From Jimgerdemannia flammicorona (lineage: Eukaryota), in NCBI GenBank assembly GCA_003990765.1, contig RBNJ01000275.1, positions 1 through 34,374 on the forward strand: a stretch of DNA of 34,374 bases, written 5' to 3'. Each line of letters begins with the position of its first letter. Position 1 is the stretch's first letter. Made by a program: the position numbers and the translations under genes. Below the pieces are notes generated by a model that did not search any database, was not told where the DNA came from, and saw nothing but the letters and a program-made list of their open reading frames with translations. Positions 1 through 11,132 of this stretch are shown here, piece by piece.

Positions 1-260
1 ATTCGGATGAGGATTCGGATTGAAGGATTCGAATTGAGTGATTCGGATTGAGTGATTCGGATTGAGTGATTCGGATTGAGTGATTCGGATTGAGTGGTTC
101 GGATTGGAGTGGTTCGGATGGGTGATTTGGATGGGTGATTCGGATGGGGCGATTCGGATGGGGCGATTCGGATTGAGTGATTCGGATTGAGTGATTCGGA
201 TTGGGGTGGTTCGGATGGGTGATTCGGATGGGGCGATTCGGATGGGGCAATTCGGATTAA
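1..260. repeat. Minisatellite, ~19 degenerate 13-15 bp units (consensus GATTCGGATTGAGT / GATTCGGATGGGGC), probably continuing beyond the window start
   Basis: Units read directly. Variant blocks recur in the same order (about units 6-12 versus 13-18), which suggests a higher-order duplication. Confidence 0.95.
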
Positions 261-359
261 ATCCGAGTTGATCCGGATGGCTTCGGATTTGAGATTCGAA
301 TCAAACCGTCATGTGACGAATCGAATCCGGATTTGATTCGAATTGACTCGTTCGGAGCA

Positions 360-1451
360 CTAATCTGGGTAGTCCTCGATGACATCACCATCGATTGCAT
401 CATCTCTGATGATGTAGTCATCTAGGAATAGTGGTTCGCGGATTACTTCTCCTTGTTGGCTGAGGTAGTAATACATTGGGACTTCATCTCCATCCCACAG
501 GATAGCATCGTCTGTTTCGTATGCTGGGTAAGGTGTTGGTGGGCGAAGGATGGATGTACTGTCTTCGCTTTCATCAGATTCGCTATCTGCGTACCTTCTA
601 TAGGTTACAGCACTATGAGTTGCGGGGTTATAGTATGCTGGTGGCTGTGGTTCATGTTGCTCGTACTCAGGTGGTGGAGTGGTTGGTTTGATCTCGAGAG
701 TTGTCTGAAGGTACAGGTTGTGTTCTCCGGTCTCTTCATTGTAATTGAAGTAATCGGGGGTAAATACAGATTGGTATTCGTGCCAGTGGTCATTGTCCCA
801 ATAAGTCTCGTATGCAGTTATGAACTGTTGTAAGTTCATTGGCAAGGTTGGTGGAGTGATCAGAGTTGGCAGAGATCCTTGGCTAGAGGTTATATCGGCA
901 TCAGAGGGATTGTTGTCTTCTGCTTCATCTTTATCGAAGTGGATTATATCATAGACGTCTTTCATGGCGTATCCGACTTGAGGCATTTGCAGGATATGGT
1001 CATCAGGGTGCGGGAAGGTTCTGTCTGTAGTTTTGACATACTCAAGGTACTTGTGGTTGAGTTCTTGTATCATGTCATCGATTTGGCCGTAGGACAGGGT
1101 AGCAACCATTTCGCTAGTAGTAACTCGGAGGCAGGGGATGAAGGTGTTGTACTCATAGAAGAGTTCTCGATGTTTGCGGGCGATGAGCTTCTGATATTGA
1201 GACATCTGGGTAATGTCTGTATCGTGGTAGTGTTCGACCATGTCTTCCAGGAGGCAGCCGATCTGGTAGTAGCTTGAGATTTGTCCGATTCGGTGGGCCT
1301 CGCTAAGCATGTTCAGGGCATTCCATCGGGCTTCCATGAAGTAGAGGGGTGCCAGGCTATGGATATTCATGAGGGGCAGAGGGGGTGTGGCTCGGTTGAC
1401 AATGGCATTCCAAATGTCAGCGCGGATGCAGTTGTAGATCTCAGTAGTCAT
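360..1451 (-). CDS. Intronless hypothetical protein (~363 aa from the ATG at 1451; the ORF is open to 1586) with an acidic, Pro/Thr/Tyr-rich C-terminal half; possibly mobile-element derived
   Basis: 408-codon uninterrupted ORF. The ATG at 1451 lies in an ACAAACATG context. No family motif recognised. Confidence 0.6.
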   Translation of the reverse strand: MTTEIYNCIRADIWNAIVNRATPPLPLMNIHSLAPLYFMEARWNALNMLSEAHRIGQISSYYQIGCLLEDMVEHYHDTDITQMSQYQKLIARKHRELFYEYNTFIPCLRVTTSEMVATLSYGQIDDMIQELNHKYLEYVKTTDRTFPHPDDHILQMPQVGYAMKDVYDIIHFDKDEAEDNNPSDADITSSQGSLPTLITPPTLPMNLQQFITAYETYWDNDHWHEYQSVFTPDYFNYNEETGEHNLYLQTTLEIKPTTPPPEYEQHEPQPPAYYNPATHSAVTYRRYADSESDESEDSTSILRPPTPYPAYETDDAILWDGDEVPMYYYLSQQGEVIREPLFLDDYIIRDDAIDGDVIEDYPD

Positions 1452-1734
1452 GTTTGTGTGTTTGGAAGTTGTGGTTGTTGTTTGTTTTGGTTCTCTGATT
1501 CGACACGTCTCAGTGCTCAGTATATATGCATTTGGTCCTGATTGGTAAGATTCCGTTTGTGTAGATCTTGTGTTCCGTGACTTCATATTGACTCAGCTTT
1601 GTGTGCTATGACTTCGGTTTGACTCAGCTTTATGATCAAGCAGGTGATTTCCAGATTTGTTTGGAGGTCACGTGTGATTTCAGTGGCTTTGTTCAGAGGG
1701 TGACGTGTAATTTCGGTGGCTTGGAGGTTGTGCG

Positions 1735-2633
1735 CTTACAATCTAGGTGATATAGTGACATATACTATAGAGGAATATTATACTCAACTTTTGCTCAGGC
1801 CATCTGGTAGAGAGAGGTAACTTTGACTATGAGGAGTATTATAATGTAGAATAGAAAGGAAGTTTTGTATAGATACCAGAATATTGGCTGAGAGAGTGTG
1901 AGGTATTTAGTAACTTTTGGTTAATAGTTAGAAATCATTTAAGTATTGTAAGAAGGGAGAATGGTAAGAGAGATCAATAGGAAGATCTGAGAGATAGATT
2001 GGTAAGGGGAATTGGTAAAGAGTAGCTTACTCTGGACTGAGCTTTGGCTATATAGGTGAGGCTAGCAAATCACTTATTATTTATTTTTGAGAAAAGAAGG
2101 TATTTGGAGTTGGGAGAGTAGCTAGTGTATGGAAAGGGTTGATAGAGGATGTCTTGACAAACTGGTAGCTGAGATGGAGTTTGCAGAGTGGTCAGAGATA
2201 TTGCTTAATAGAGAAAATTTATAGGTAGAGTGGGAGAAGAGTTAGAGTAGTAGATAGTAAGATAGTATTTAAGTACAAAAATATAGAGAGGGGGCCCCCT
2301 AGGGGGATTGAGTAGTGGGAGGGAGTATTGTATTTATATTGATTAGATGGTAATAAATGGTAGAGTCCAAGTGACTATAAAATATATATATATATAAATA
2401 AGCAAAGTTCCTACAATATATATAATGAGCTGAGTAGGATTAATTTTTACTAAGCAAATATTATTATATTATTTGACTTTATGTATGATGGTTGCCTATC
2501 CTCAGACAGAATGTTTCCATTTTCATAGGAGTTTATCATTAGCAAAATTATTGTGTGCTCAAAAAAAGTTTCAGATTGAGCATTGTTTACTCCATGCCAC
2601 TCACTTATATAGATCAAAAAGGTTAGTTAGATT
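1735..2633. mobile_element. CpG-free, purine-skewed degenerate tract, probably a decayed (methylated and deaminated) repeat or transposon relic
   Basis: No CG dinucleotide found by eye in ~900 bp, many TAG/TAA triplets, no long ORF. Element class not identifiable. Confidence 0.45.
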
Positions 2634-3207
2634 CGAGAAAGCCACATGTCACAAAAGGCGAGACGGTTCTTTAGCTACTTGATTTTTCACAACCAGTAGA
2701 CTACATGCCACAAGTCAACTTCACCACTGACTTCGCCATTATTCGATGAACCAGTGGAAGAGAGGCCTTTGCCTATGTCTGATTCGAAATCCATGCCAAA
2801 CATCCCATGACAAAGATCGTTCATCAGAAAGGAGTTGAGCAAGCTTGGCGTTAGCTGAGTTTTGATCAGATAACACCTTTACCTTCGAATGGCTCCCAGC
2901 GAACTCGCGTCAAAAAAATTTCTCTCAATAAATGTTTTTGAAAGCAACGAGTTACGAGCAAAAATAAAAATCTTCAAGTGACGTCACATGTTCACTTTGT
3001 CTGGTTTTGCTGCAGCACGCCCCATATATTATTCTTCACGTTCTTGCGTTTCTATTTACAAACTGACTTTTTGTTTTTTTGGCTATCAAGTTTTTGCGGA
3101 CTCACGCCAGGAAATATAGTCACAAAAACAGAGGCGCAAAATGCCAGACCCGCACCACAACATTCGATAAACATTCCGGTAACCACATCTATCACACCCA
3201 CCCCTCC

Positions 3208-5681
3208 CTAATCCCAATACTTGATCGTCCCGTCCCAACTACACGACGCGACCTTGGATGACTCGTGCGGGTTCCACTCGCAACCGATCGTAACGCCGTC
3301 GTGAGCCTTGAATTTCCTGATTGTGACCAAGGGAATTAGCATGGTTGATCAGTCAATCGCGGTCGAATTGAGGTAATATTTCCAGAAGTCCATCAAGCGG
3401 TTCCCTGCAAAACAGGCCCCAGAGAACCTATTATCAACACTCACTTTAGCACCTTGCAGCTCTTCCAATCCCAAAACCACATATTTCCCTCGCTATCCCC
3501 CGACATGATGAACCGGCCGTCGGGCGAGAAGTTGGGTTGGCACGCGTATCCGGCAATGAGATGGCCGGTGAAGCGCTTCTTACGGTGCATCCGGAACCGA
3601 TCTTTCGAGCCGTAGACAACGATCTGGTTGTCGAGCGATTGACAAGCGAGCCATTTGCCTGTGGAATCATAGGAAAGTCGGTTATTGTTCTGGGGAAAGA
3701 GATGGCAAGAAATGCCTCGCCGATAGCAATATTTGGGCGCAAAATATCCTTCAAAAATCCCAAGCAGGAGAAAGTTATGGTAACATACGATTCGGGTGCA
3801 AGGACACGGCGGGCATCGAGTGCATATCTGGCTCGGCGATATACTTGATGACGACAGGAATATCGTACTCCCACGCACGCAACGTTTTATCGTCTGAGGT
3901 GGTAACGAAGCGCCTGTTGTCGTCGACAAAGGTGATGGTGTTGACGGCGCCCAAATGTTGGTCGTACTCTTGTGTGATCTCGCCCGTATTGATGTCAAAC
4001 TAGATTACAGGGTGTCGATTACAATATTGGGTAAGAAGCGATGCATCATATGTGCAAAAGGGCATATGCGTGTGCTAATAACAGGGGTTCTTTTGAATTA
4101 GAGGAAACCGAAGGTACAGGAACCAATCAGTGGCAACAGATCTATACCTGCACAACTTTCTTATCCGAGCATCCCGCCAAGAAAATGTGCTGCTTGTCCT
4201 CCTCTGGATTGAATTTCACACAATATGGAATCTTGCCAGTGGTAAAGGATTTGATGCACTGACCTGGAACCGAAAATTGAAGGTAAAATCGACCACGGTG
4301 AGACCACGATAATTTTCCGTCTCTACAAATCGAGCACCAGATCTGATGCACCATCCTTCCCGCATCAGAATGACAATCACATACCTGTTTCCGTGTCCCA
4401 AAGTTTCACATACTTATCGTAACTCGCGCTCAAGAACCGCCGACCGTCGTTACTGAACGTGATGTCACGGACGGCTTTGTTGTGACCGAGGAATGTCCGG
4501 AGACATCTACGATCATGGTAGACATCCCAGATCTGTGATACGAGAAGATCAGGATCAGCATTCAAAAGACCATGAGAAACTCCATTGATATGAAATACTA
4601 CGTTTCGCCGATAGCGAGTAAATTCTTCCCAATGCCCGTGGTACCATACAATCAATTTCCAACAAAGAGCTCAATGAATTACATTACCTTCACTTTGTTG
4701 TCCATTCCCGCACTCAACAACAAATGCGCGCTACCAGGGAAGAATCGTATCGCCGACACACCCTTTGTATGCCCGCTCCACGTATGCACACATCGTTTTG
4801 GTATGAAGCACTCCTGGCTCCCTGGCTCTGCGAACAGATTGACGTCCAGATCCTGGGGCACTGAGATGTACGTCCTGCCCTGGTAATCCGTCTCGCTCTT
4901 CCCGTGAAAGATGGAGGTCTCCTTTCCGACAACGATCTCCTTGGGCTTGCCCTTCTCGCCCGCTTCCGCCGCGGCGGAGGACGCGGCATTTGCGCGCGCG
5001 ACCTCCTCCTCGGAGGGCCCGACAGGCACGCCTATCTTCTCGTCCTTGTAGCCGGCCCAGGGCCCAAGGTAGGTGTTATCTCCCTCAAGAACGGAGGAGT
5101 CGCCCCTGGGAAGACGCTTCTTCTGGACGCCGTTGTTGGGCCGCAGCGACTTGGGGAGGGAGTCATGGATAGTGGCGCCGTTGAACTGGATGGCCTTGTT
5201 GACGTCGCCGACATAGCCTGTACCCGCAATGCCGGCGCCGAGCTGACCGTTGAGGTTAGAAGGGTCGCGGGCGTAGCCAAAGGTGGTGAAGGTGCGCTGC
5301 TGGATGCGGAAGTCGTACTCGTTCAATACTTGTTCCTCGACGTGGCCAGTGAGGACGTTCTGCTGCAGTAGTCGGCGCTGATTGAATGGGTTTTCGGGAC
5401 CAACGAGGGGTTGCATCATGTCTGTATAGGGTACATTGACCGGTATCTCTGTGGCCGTTGGGACGGTGTATAGACGATTTGAGACTAAAGAATCCTGAAA
5501 GCGTATATAAATGGTGAGTAGTTGGAAACGCCATTGTCGACAGGATAACAGAGTGAAGTATGTGCGGACGCACCTCTCCGACATCGGGAGTCAGGTTAAC
5601 TGTTGGACGCTTTACTACTACTGGAGCATCGTGGAGTGTTTCATCGTCCGAGTCAGAGACATAACTAGTCAGGAGATCCAT
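3208..5681 (-). CDS. CDC40: Pre-mRNA-processing factor 17 (WD40 splicing factor), multi-exon
   Basis: Exons encode [14 protein letters not shown]..., [74 protein letters not shown] and the C-terminal [12 protein letters not shown]. These are typical of Prp17/Cdc40. Confidence 0.95.
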
Positions 5682-5805
5682 CGCTTGTGAAGGAAGATGT
5701 GGCGAGTGGCGAGTCGGTTTGTTGACAAACCTATTAGCACGTGACAGGACTGCTTGCATAGCAATAAAAAGCTCCAAGTTCGCTATATGCAGAAAAGACT
5801 CGTCA
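5682..5805. promoter_or_regulatory. Compact bidirectional promoter between CDC40 and PAM18, with a CACGTGAC E-box at 5738-5745
   Basis: Only 124 bp separate the two divergent ATGs. The motif is read directly and its function is inferred. Confidence 0.55.
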
Positions 5806-6352
5806 ATGGTGAGTACTGACAGTCCACACCTTACTTTAACCACTCATTTACTTTACTATTAAACACCCTGACCTTCTTTTTTCCGAAGGCTACCGCAATT
5901 CTAATAGGCCTTGGAATCGCCGCCGCTGCAACAGGCGGCAGGATAGCAATCAAGGCCTTCCAAGAGTACCAGAAGTTGCCGAAGGCTCCTTCGCGCATGC
6001 GCTTGGAAAAGTACTCCAAGGGTGGGTTCGATCCCAAAATGAACAAACGTGAGGCAGCTCTCATATTTGGGCTTCGGTATGTTTGCTGAGCAAAAGGTTT
6101 TACCCATTCGACAGCGCGCTGATGATGTGTGCATAGCTCGGTTGCGAGATTCCTGTCGACTAATGCCAAACTTTTCCTTCACCTATCTTGCGCGGAAATT
6201 TATGCAGTGAGTCTGGAATAACAAAAGACAAGCTGAAGGAAGCGCATCGTCGCATCATGCTTCTTAATCATCCGGATCGCGGTGGGTCACCATATTTAGC
6301 GAGCAAGATCAATGAGGCCAAGGACTTTTTGGAGGGCAAAGTGAAGTCTTAA
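5806..6352 (+). CDS. PAM18: Mitochondrial import motor J-protein Pam18/Tim14; exons 5806-5808, 5889-6076, 6208-6352 (111 aa)
   Basis: Spliced translation [15 protein letters not shown]...[20 protein letters not shown]...[32 protein letters not shown] contains the HPD motif. The exon lengths sum to 336 nt, in frame. Absent from the ORF track. Confidence 0.95.
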
Positions 6353-6553
6353 TGGAGTGTTAAGCTTGCTTGAGACGAAGCGAAGGGCAATTGTATCAGA
6401 TTCTTTGTAATAATAATTTAAAACCCCGTTTACCCTGGAGCCCGTCATGTGACCGTTCCAAACATTCTCTCTGCCCAAAAATATCTTGGGCTGCGGAGCC
6501 CCCTTTTCATTTCATCGGAACAACCTCACCTCCACTCTTTTACAATACCAACA

Positions 6554-7220
6554 ATGCAAACACTGTCCTGGCTCATAGTCATTATTCTCGTCCTACTTCT
6601 GCGTAAGTTCCGCCGCTATATTTGGCCTAGTTTCCCGTACTCGCAGTGACCCAATTGACCAACACTCCCGGAACTACCTATTCCCATCCAGTTGTGGTCC
6701 TCTTCCGCCAGCGCATCGCCGATCTCGTGAACAAGGCTCTTGGTTACCGTCGCCTGCCATTCTTCAACACCGGCTCCTTCGAGCAAGACATCGAAGACGG
6801 ATTGACTTCGTCCACGTTCGACCTGAACCAGAACCTTGAGGACGGCGACACCAGGCCCGGCCTGTCCGACACCGATGAAATTAAGCGGATCATGAAGAGG
6901 CGCGGGGTATCGTTTGACGAGGCAAGGCTGATCAGGCAGGACCAGTTGCTGAAGAAGAATGTAAGTCGTCCATTTTTTTTTTTTTTTTTTTTTTTTTTTC
7001 ATGGGTACGTGGGTGACTGAGTAGACGATCGCTTTTCAATTGGCGAAAATGTTATGGAATAGCAACAGGGGTTAAAAAATAGATATTGCACATTATCTTC
7101 ATTACTAATGGATACAACTCTGTTAATTGGTCCTCGCAGAATATCGATCCTGTGACAGGCCTCTCGCTCGATCCGAAGGCCGTCTACTTCGCAAGCGGCC
7201 CATCATCGGGACAATCGTAA
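6554..7220 (+). CDS. Fungal DUF2015 (UPF0357/YCL012C-like) small protein with an N-terminal hydrophobic segment; exons 6554-6602, 6692-6960, 7140-7220 (132 aa)
   Basis: SFEQDIEDGLTSSTFDLNQN...GDTRPGL...IMKRRGVSFDEAR...LDPKAVYF matches my recollection of the DUF2015 pattern. Splice sites are canonical and in frame. Confidence 0.8.
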
Positions 7221-7805
7221 TCACGACCGCTGGCTTCATGGAACCTCGTCACCGCATCTTTAACTCAACATCCGGGAATTCATCCCGCTCCTTCTCGGTT
7301 TAATCGAATGAACATTTCACGCCCCTCCCCTTCTCTCTCTCTCCCGCATCATTCGTGAGATTTCTACCTCCATAGACCGCCTCGTCTTATATTCATAGCG
7401 AACGCCTCCAGTAGTTAACTGTAGCGAACATGGGCTTAAAAAGCCCCCGCGCCATGTACACGTGAAACAACATGTATCACAGGCGTATATGCCTAGCTTG
7501 ATATCAGTCGCGTATTGTCGAGTTGTCTTTCGCATGCAAAAACATATTCCCGAAGTCCAGCCGAAGTTTTGATTTGGCTCGGTTGTGTCATCTTTGTTTA
7601 AAAAGGTGACCAACGATAGGCCAGGATTGTTTGCCCAGAATACGATCGGCAAGACAGCGAAAATCAGGCAGCAATCGCCTTTTACGATAAAAACCGCCCT
7701 CGCCGAGGATAAAGTATACAAGTTGATGATTCCAAACAACTCAGATTTTCTAAATCTACCTACGGGTCTTCTTTTCACAGACCCATCGCCAACTAAGATC
7801 TTACT

Positions 7806-10522
7806 CTACGTCCAGACGTATTGCGGGCCACCGCCGCCTTCGGGCACGACCCAGTCGATGTTTTGTGAGGGATCCTTGATATCACACGTCTTGCAGTGCA
7901 CGCAGTTCTGCGAGTTGATCTGCAACCGCTGCTCGCCCGGGCGGGCCTCATCTTCCACGTATTCATAGACTCCAGCTAAGGGTAGCACAGTTGGAGAATA
8001 AAAGGGATGGAAGGGAATCCATTTTCTTTCCATAAGTTTGATGCTTTTGTTTGATTGATGGTCCGTAAAAAAGAAAACGGTGAAGACTGTTATTACGCAC
8101 CAGGACAGAACCTAGCCTCGGGTCCGTCGAATACACGCAGGTTGCGCTCAACGGGAATGCTCTTGTCACGAAGGCGCAGATGCACAGGCTGGTTTTCCGC
8201 GTGATTGGTACCAGAGCGGGAGACGGACTCGAGGAGTTCGAACGAGAACTTGCCGTCGGGCTTAGGATACTCGATGCGTTTACATTGACTAATATTTGAT
8301 TGACCAATAGCGTTAGCGGCATGAAAACGCGTTAGGGTTAGGTTTCGTATGGAGAGTTGAGCGGAAAGTATTCGAAAACGGATAGAATGAGGGATAGAGA
8401 ATAACATACCTGGCAGGCTTCAATGTCGCCCAGTCTTCCTTCTTGTGCTTGAACGTCCAGGGGACCTTTCCGCCCAAAATCATGGTATCCAGCCCTGAAT
8501 ATGCAATTCCGCCCAACCGTCCCAAAGGCCCATGGAAGCTCGGCAGTACGTTCCGAATAGCGTACAGCTCTTCGTTCACCCAGCTCTTCCGTAGATTCTC
8601 TTCATAAGACTTCAACAGAATGGGTCCCGGTTCTGGTTTAACGTCAGGCGCGTCGACGGCGTCTGGGAACAGCGCATCATACGCTGCTTCGGCAGCGATC
8701 ATCCCTGATTTCATGGCAGTATGGGTGCCTTTGATCTTGGGGACGTTGAGGAAACCGGCAGAGCAGCCGATGAGGGCACCGCCAGGAAAGTAGAGCTTCG
8801 GGATGGATTGGTATCCACCTTCGTTGATGGCGCGAGCACCGTAGGAGATGCATTTACCGCCTTCGAGGAGATTGGAGATGAAGGGGTGGTGTTTGAAGCG
8901 CTAGTTTGGAGAGCAAGTAGAATGTCGATAATAATACTAAAGGGATATCTATTCGCCGCCCATATCAAACTCATGACCGCCGATCCAAGCTTACCTGGAA
9001 CTCCCGATACGGGCTCAAGTATGGATTCTGGTAATCCAGCCCGACCACAAATCCAACCGCTACGAAATGCTTCTCCGGTTCGAAGTGGTAGATGAAGCTC
9101 CCGCCATAAGTGTGGTTATCGAGTGGCCAGCCCAAGGTATGGGTCACGAGTCCCGGTTGATGCTTCTCGGGCGACACCTCCCATACCTCCTTTATCCCAA
9201 TACCGTACTTCTGGGGTTCCGAGTTCTCGCGCAGGTTGAACTTGCGAAACAAAGTCTTGGAAAGGGAGCCATGGCAGCCTTCACCGAAGAGGGTAACCCG
9301 CGCGTGGATTTCCATTCCAGGCTCAAAGCTCTCCTGCAACGGCGCCATAGAGGTGAACAGTGTGGATGAATGCGTAATTACGGTATATATATATATATGT
9401 AACCCCAAGATCAGGCATTCCACATATGATCTTGAACAAACCTTTTGCTTAAAATTCTTGTCCAACCCGACATCATTCGTCGCGATTCCCTTGACACTTC
9501 CATCCTCAGCGTAGAGAACCTCAGATGCCGCGAAGCCCGGGTAGATCTCAACACCAGCCTCCTCGGCCTGGGCACCAAGCCACTTGACAAACTCGTTGAG
9601 GGAGATAATGTAATTGCCGCGGTTGGACATTTGTGGCGGATGCGGGAACGGGAAGACGTACTTTGGCGTGAGCCACTTCATTTGATCGTGCAAAACTGGC
9701 TGGTTAAGGGGAGCCTATGGGTGAAACAAGCGGGAAACGCAATTCGTGGTTAAGCGAATCAATGGCGATTCTAGAGGATGTCAATTTTTTGGCCCTTGTT
9801 TCCACAATCATGCATTTCAGAACAGTTCATTTTTCGCTACAGGATGATCAATTGCCCCATGTGCAAACAGCGTAAAAAAAAAAAAAAAAAAACACAGAAC
9901 GGGGTAGACAGTCCTTCGAGCAGCGAGAGATCCAGTCAATGGGATAGGCATACTTACACCCTTTTCCTTCCAATCAGGGATCAATTCATTAAGAGCGCGA
10001 GGTTCTATGACAGCGCCTGAAAGCGTGTGTGCGCCTGGTCAATCATTTCAATCAAGCGAGCCGGCAAGAATGTCGCATTATTCATCAACAGTAATATGTT
10101 TGCATTGAGATCGGTTATCCAATTGACCACCACAGAAGTTCATCAAGATACTCACCTAGTTCACCCGCCTTCTCGACAATCATGACCCTCAGCTCCTTCC
10201 CCTCGTCGTTTGCCAGTTGCTTTAAACGGATCGCAGCCGACAGACCAGCAGGCCCGGCACCTACGATAACGACATCCACCTGGTCCACAAACCTTTCAAC
10301 AACCGCGGGCGAGTCTTTGCTGTGGTCGTCAGTCACAGCGGCGAGGGGACGTGCTGGGGTAGTGGAGAGGAGCCGTGACGGGCGGAGAGGGAGGTTTGTG
10401 AGGGCATTCTGGCACGGGCGACGAGGAAGCGAAAGAGCGGCGCGGGAGGTGGAAAAGAGGAGTGTCGGACGGGAAAGACGCAAACGAGAGAGTGTTGAGT
10501 TGATCCTGAACTTGGACGCCAT
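7806..10522 (-). CDS. ETFDH: Electron transfer flavoprotein-ubiquinone oxidoreductase, mitochondrial, multi-exon
   Basis: Arg/Ser-rich presequence, FAD motif [56 protein letters not shown] and the 4Fe-4S motif RFCPAGVYEY...[14 protein letters not shown]. Confidence 0.97.
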
Positions 10523-10615
10523 GGTTGTTCGGGTGAAGCCGTGCGAGGCGGCTCTATAGTTTTATGGCTCTAATCCATGCGACGTCACAAAAAATTCACA
10601 TGTCGCGCTCTCGCT

Positions 10616-11030
10616 CTACATGAGTTGATAATATTGATACTAATTTATTTATCTTAGCTCTTGTTCAATACTTGCTTTACTGTTTATATACATTAGATAC
10701 TGAAAATATTATTTACTGAGATAAGAGTGAGATATTTATTTGATTATTTTCTATATATTAATACTATTAATATTAATATCTACATTGGTTGATTTTACCT
10801 ATAAAGTCAACTTTACTATTTTTACACAGATTACCTGTCTGCTATACGTTTTTTTATTATATTTTAAATAAATAATCTAGTACTTGTATTATTTACACTG
10901 TTCAGTTTACTCTGTACTATTCTGAGCTTTTGGTGTATATTTAATCTTTATAAAATGTATATTCAAAATAAATATAAATATATTTACTCTTGTTCTATAG
11001 TAAATAGTTATACCAGTGGCCTAAACAGTG
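10616..11030. other. Very AT-rich, CpG-depleted intergenic tract, possibly a decayed repeat insertion
   Basis: Only one CpG seen (~10847) in more than 400 bp, with an abrupt composition change relative to the flanks. Confidence 0.4.
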
Positions 11031-11132
11031 CAAATTTAATGGCCTATGGCCATATTTGGGATGTTTGTGACGTGCTTTCCTTCGAGTTGCAAGAAAATCG
11101 AACTGGTAAACACACACTGACACAGTTGAACA

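Noticed and set aside
1..260. CRISPR array or canonical telomere
   Set aside because: The units are contiguous 13-15-mers without unique spacers, the context is eukaryotic with no cas genes, and the degenerate unit is not TTAGGG-like.
453..1541. Plus-strand ORFs of 126, 132 and 86 aa
   Set aside because: Antisense shadows of the long minus-strand ORF.
5831..6182. Minus-strand ORFs of 112 and 93 aa
   Set aside because: Antisense to the spliced PAM18 gene.
6616..7002. ORF starting with poly-Lys
   Set aside because: Produced by an intronic poly(T) tract and antisense to the DUF2015 gene. The poly-K and poly-F ORFs at ~9780 and ~28800 have the same cause.
7317..7778. 153-aa minus-strand ORF
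   Set aside because: Lies in the convergent 3' UTR/intergenic zone, with no recognisable motif or coding-like composition.
8332..8342. TTAGGGTTAGG telomere-like seed
   Set aside because: Coincides with the CCTAAC branch-point region of an ETFDH intron and is too short.
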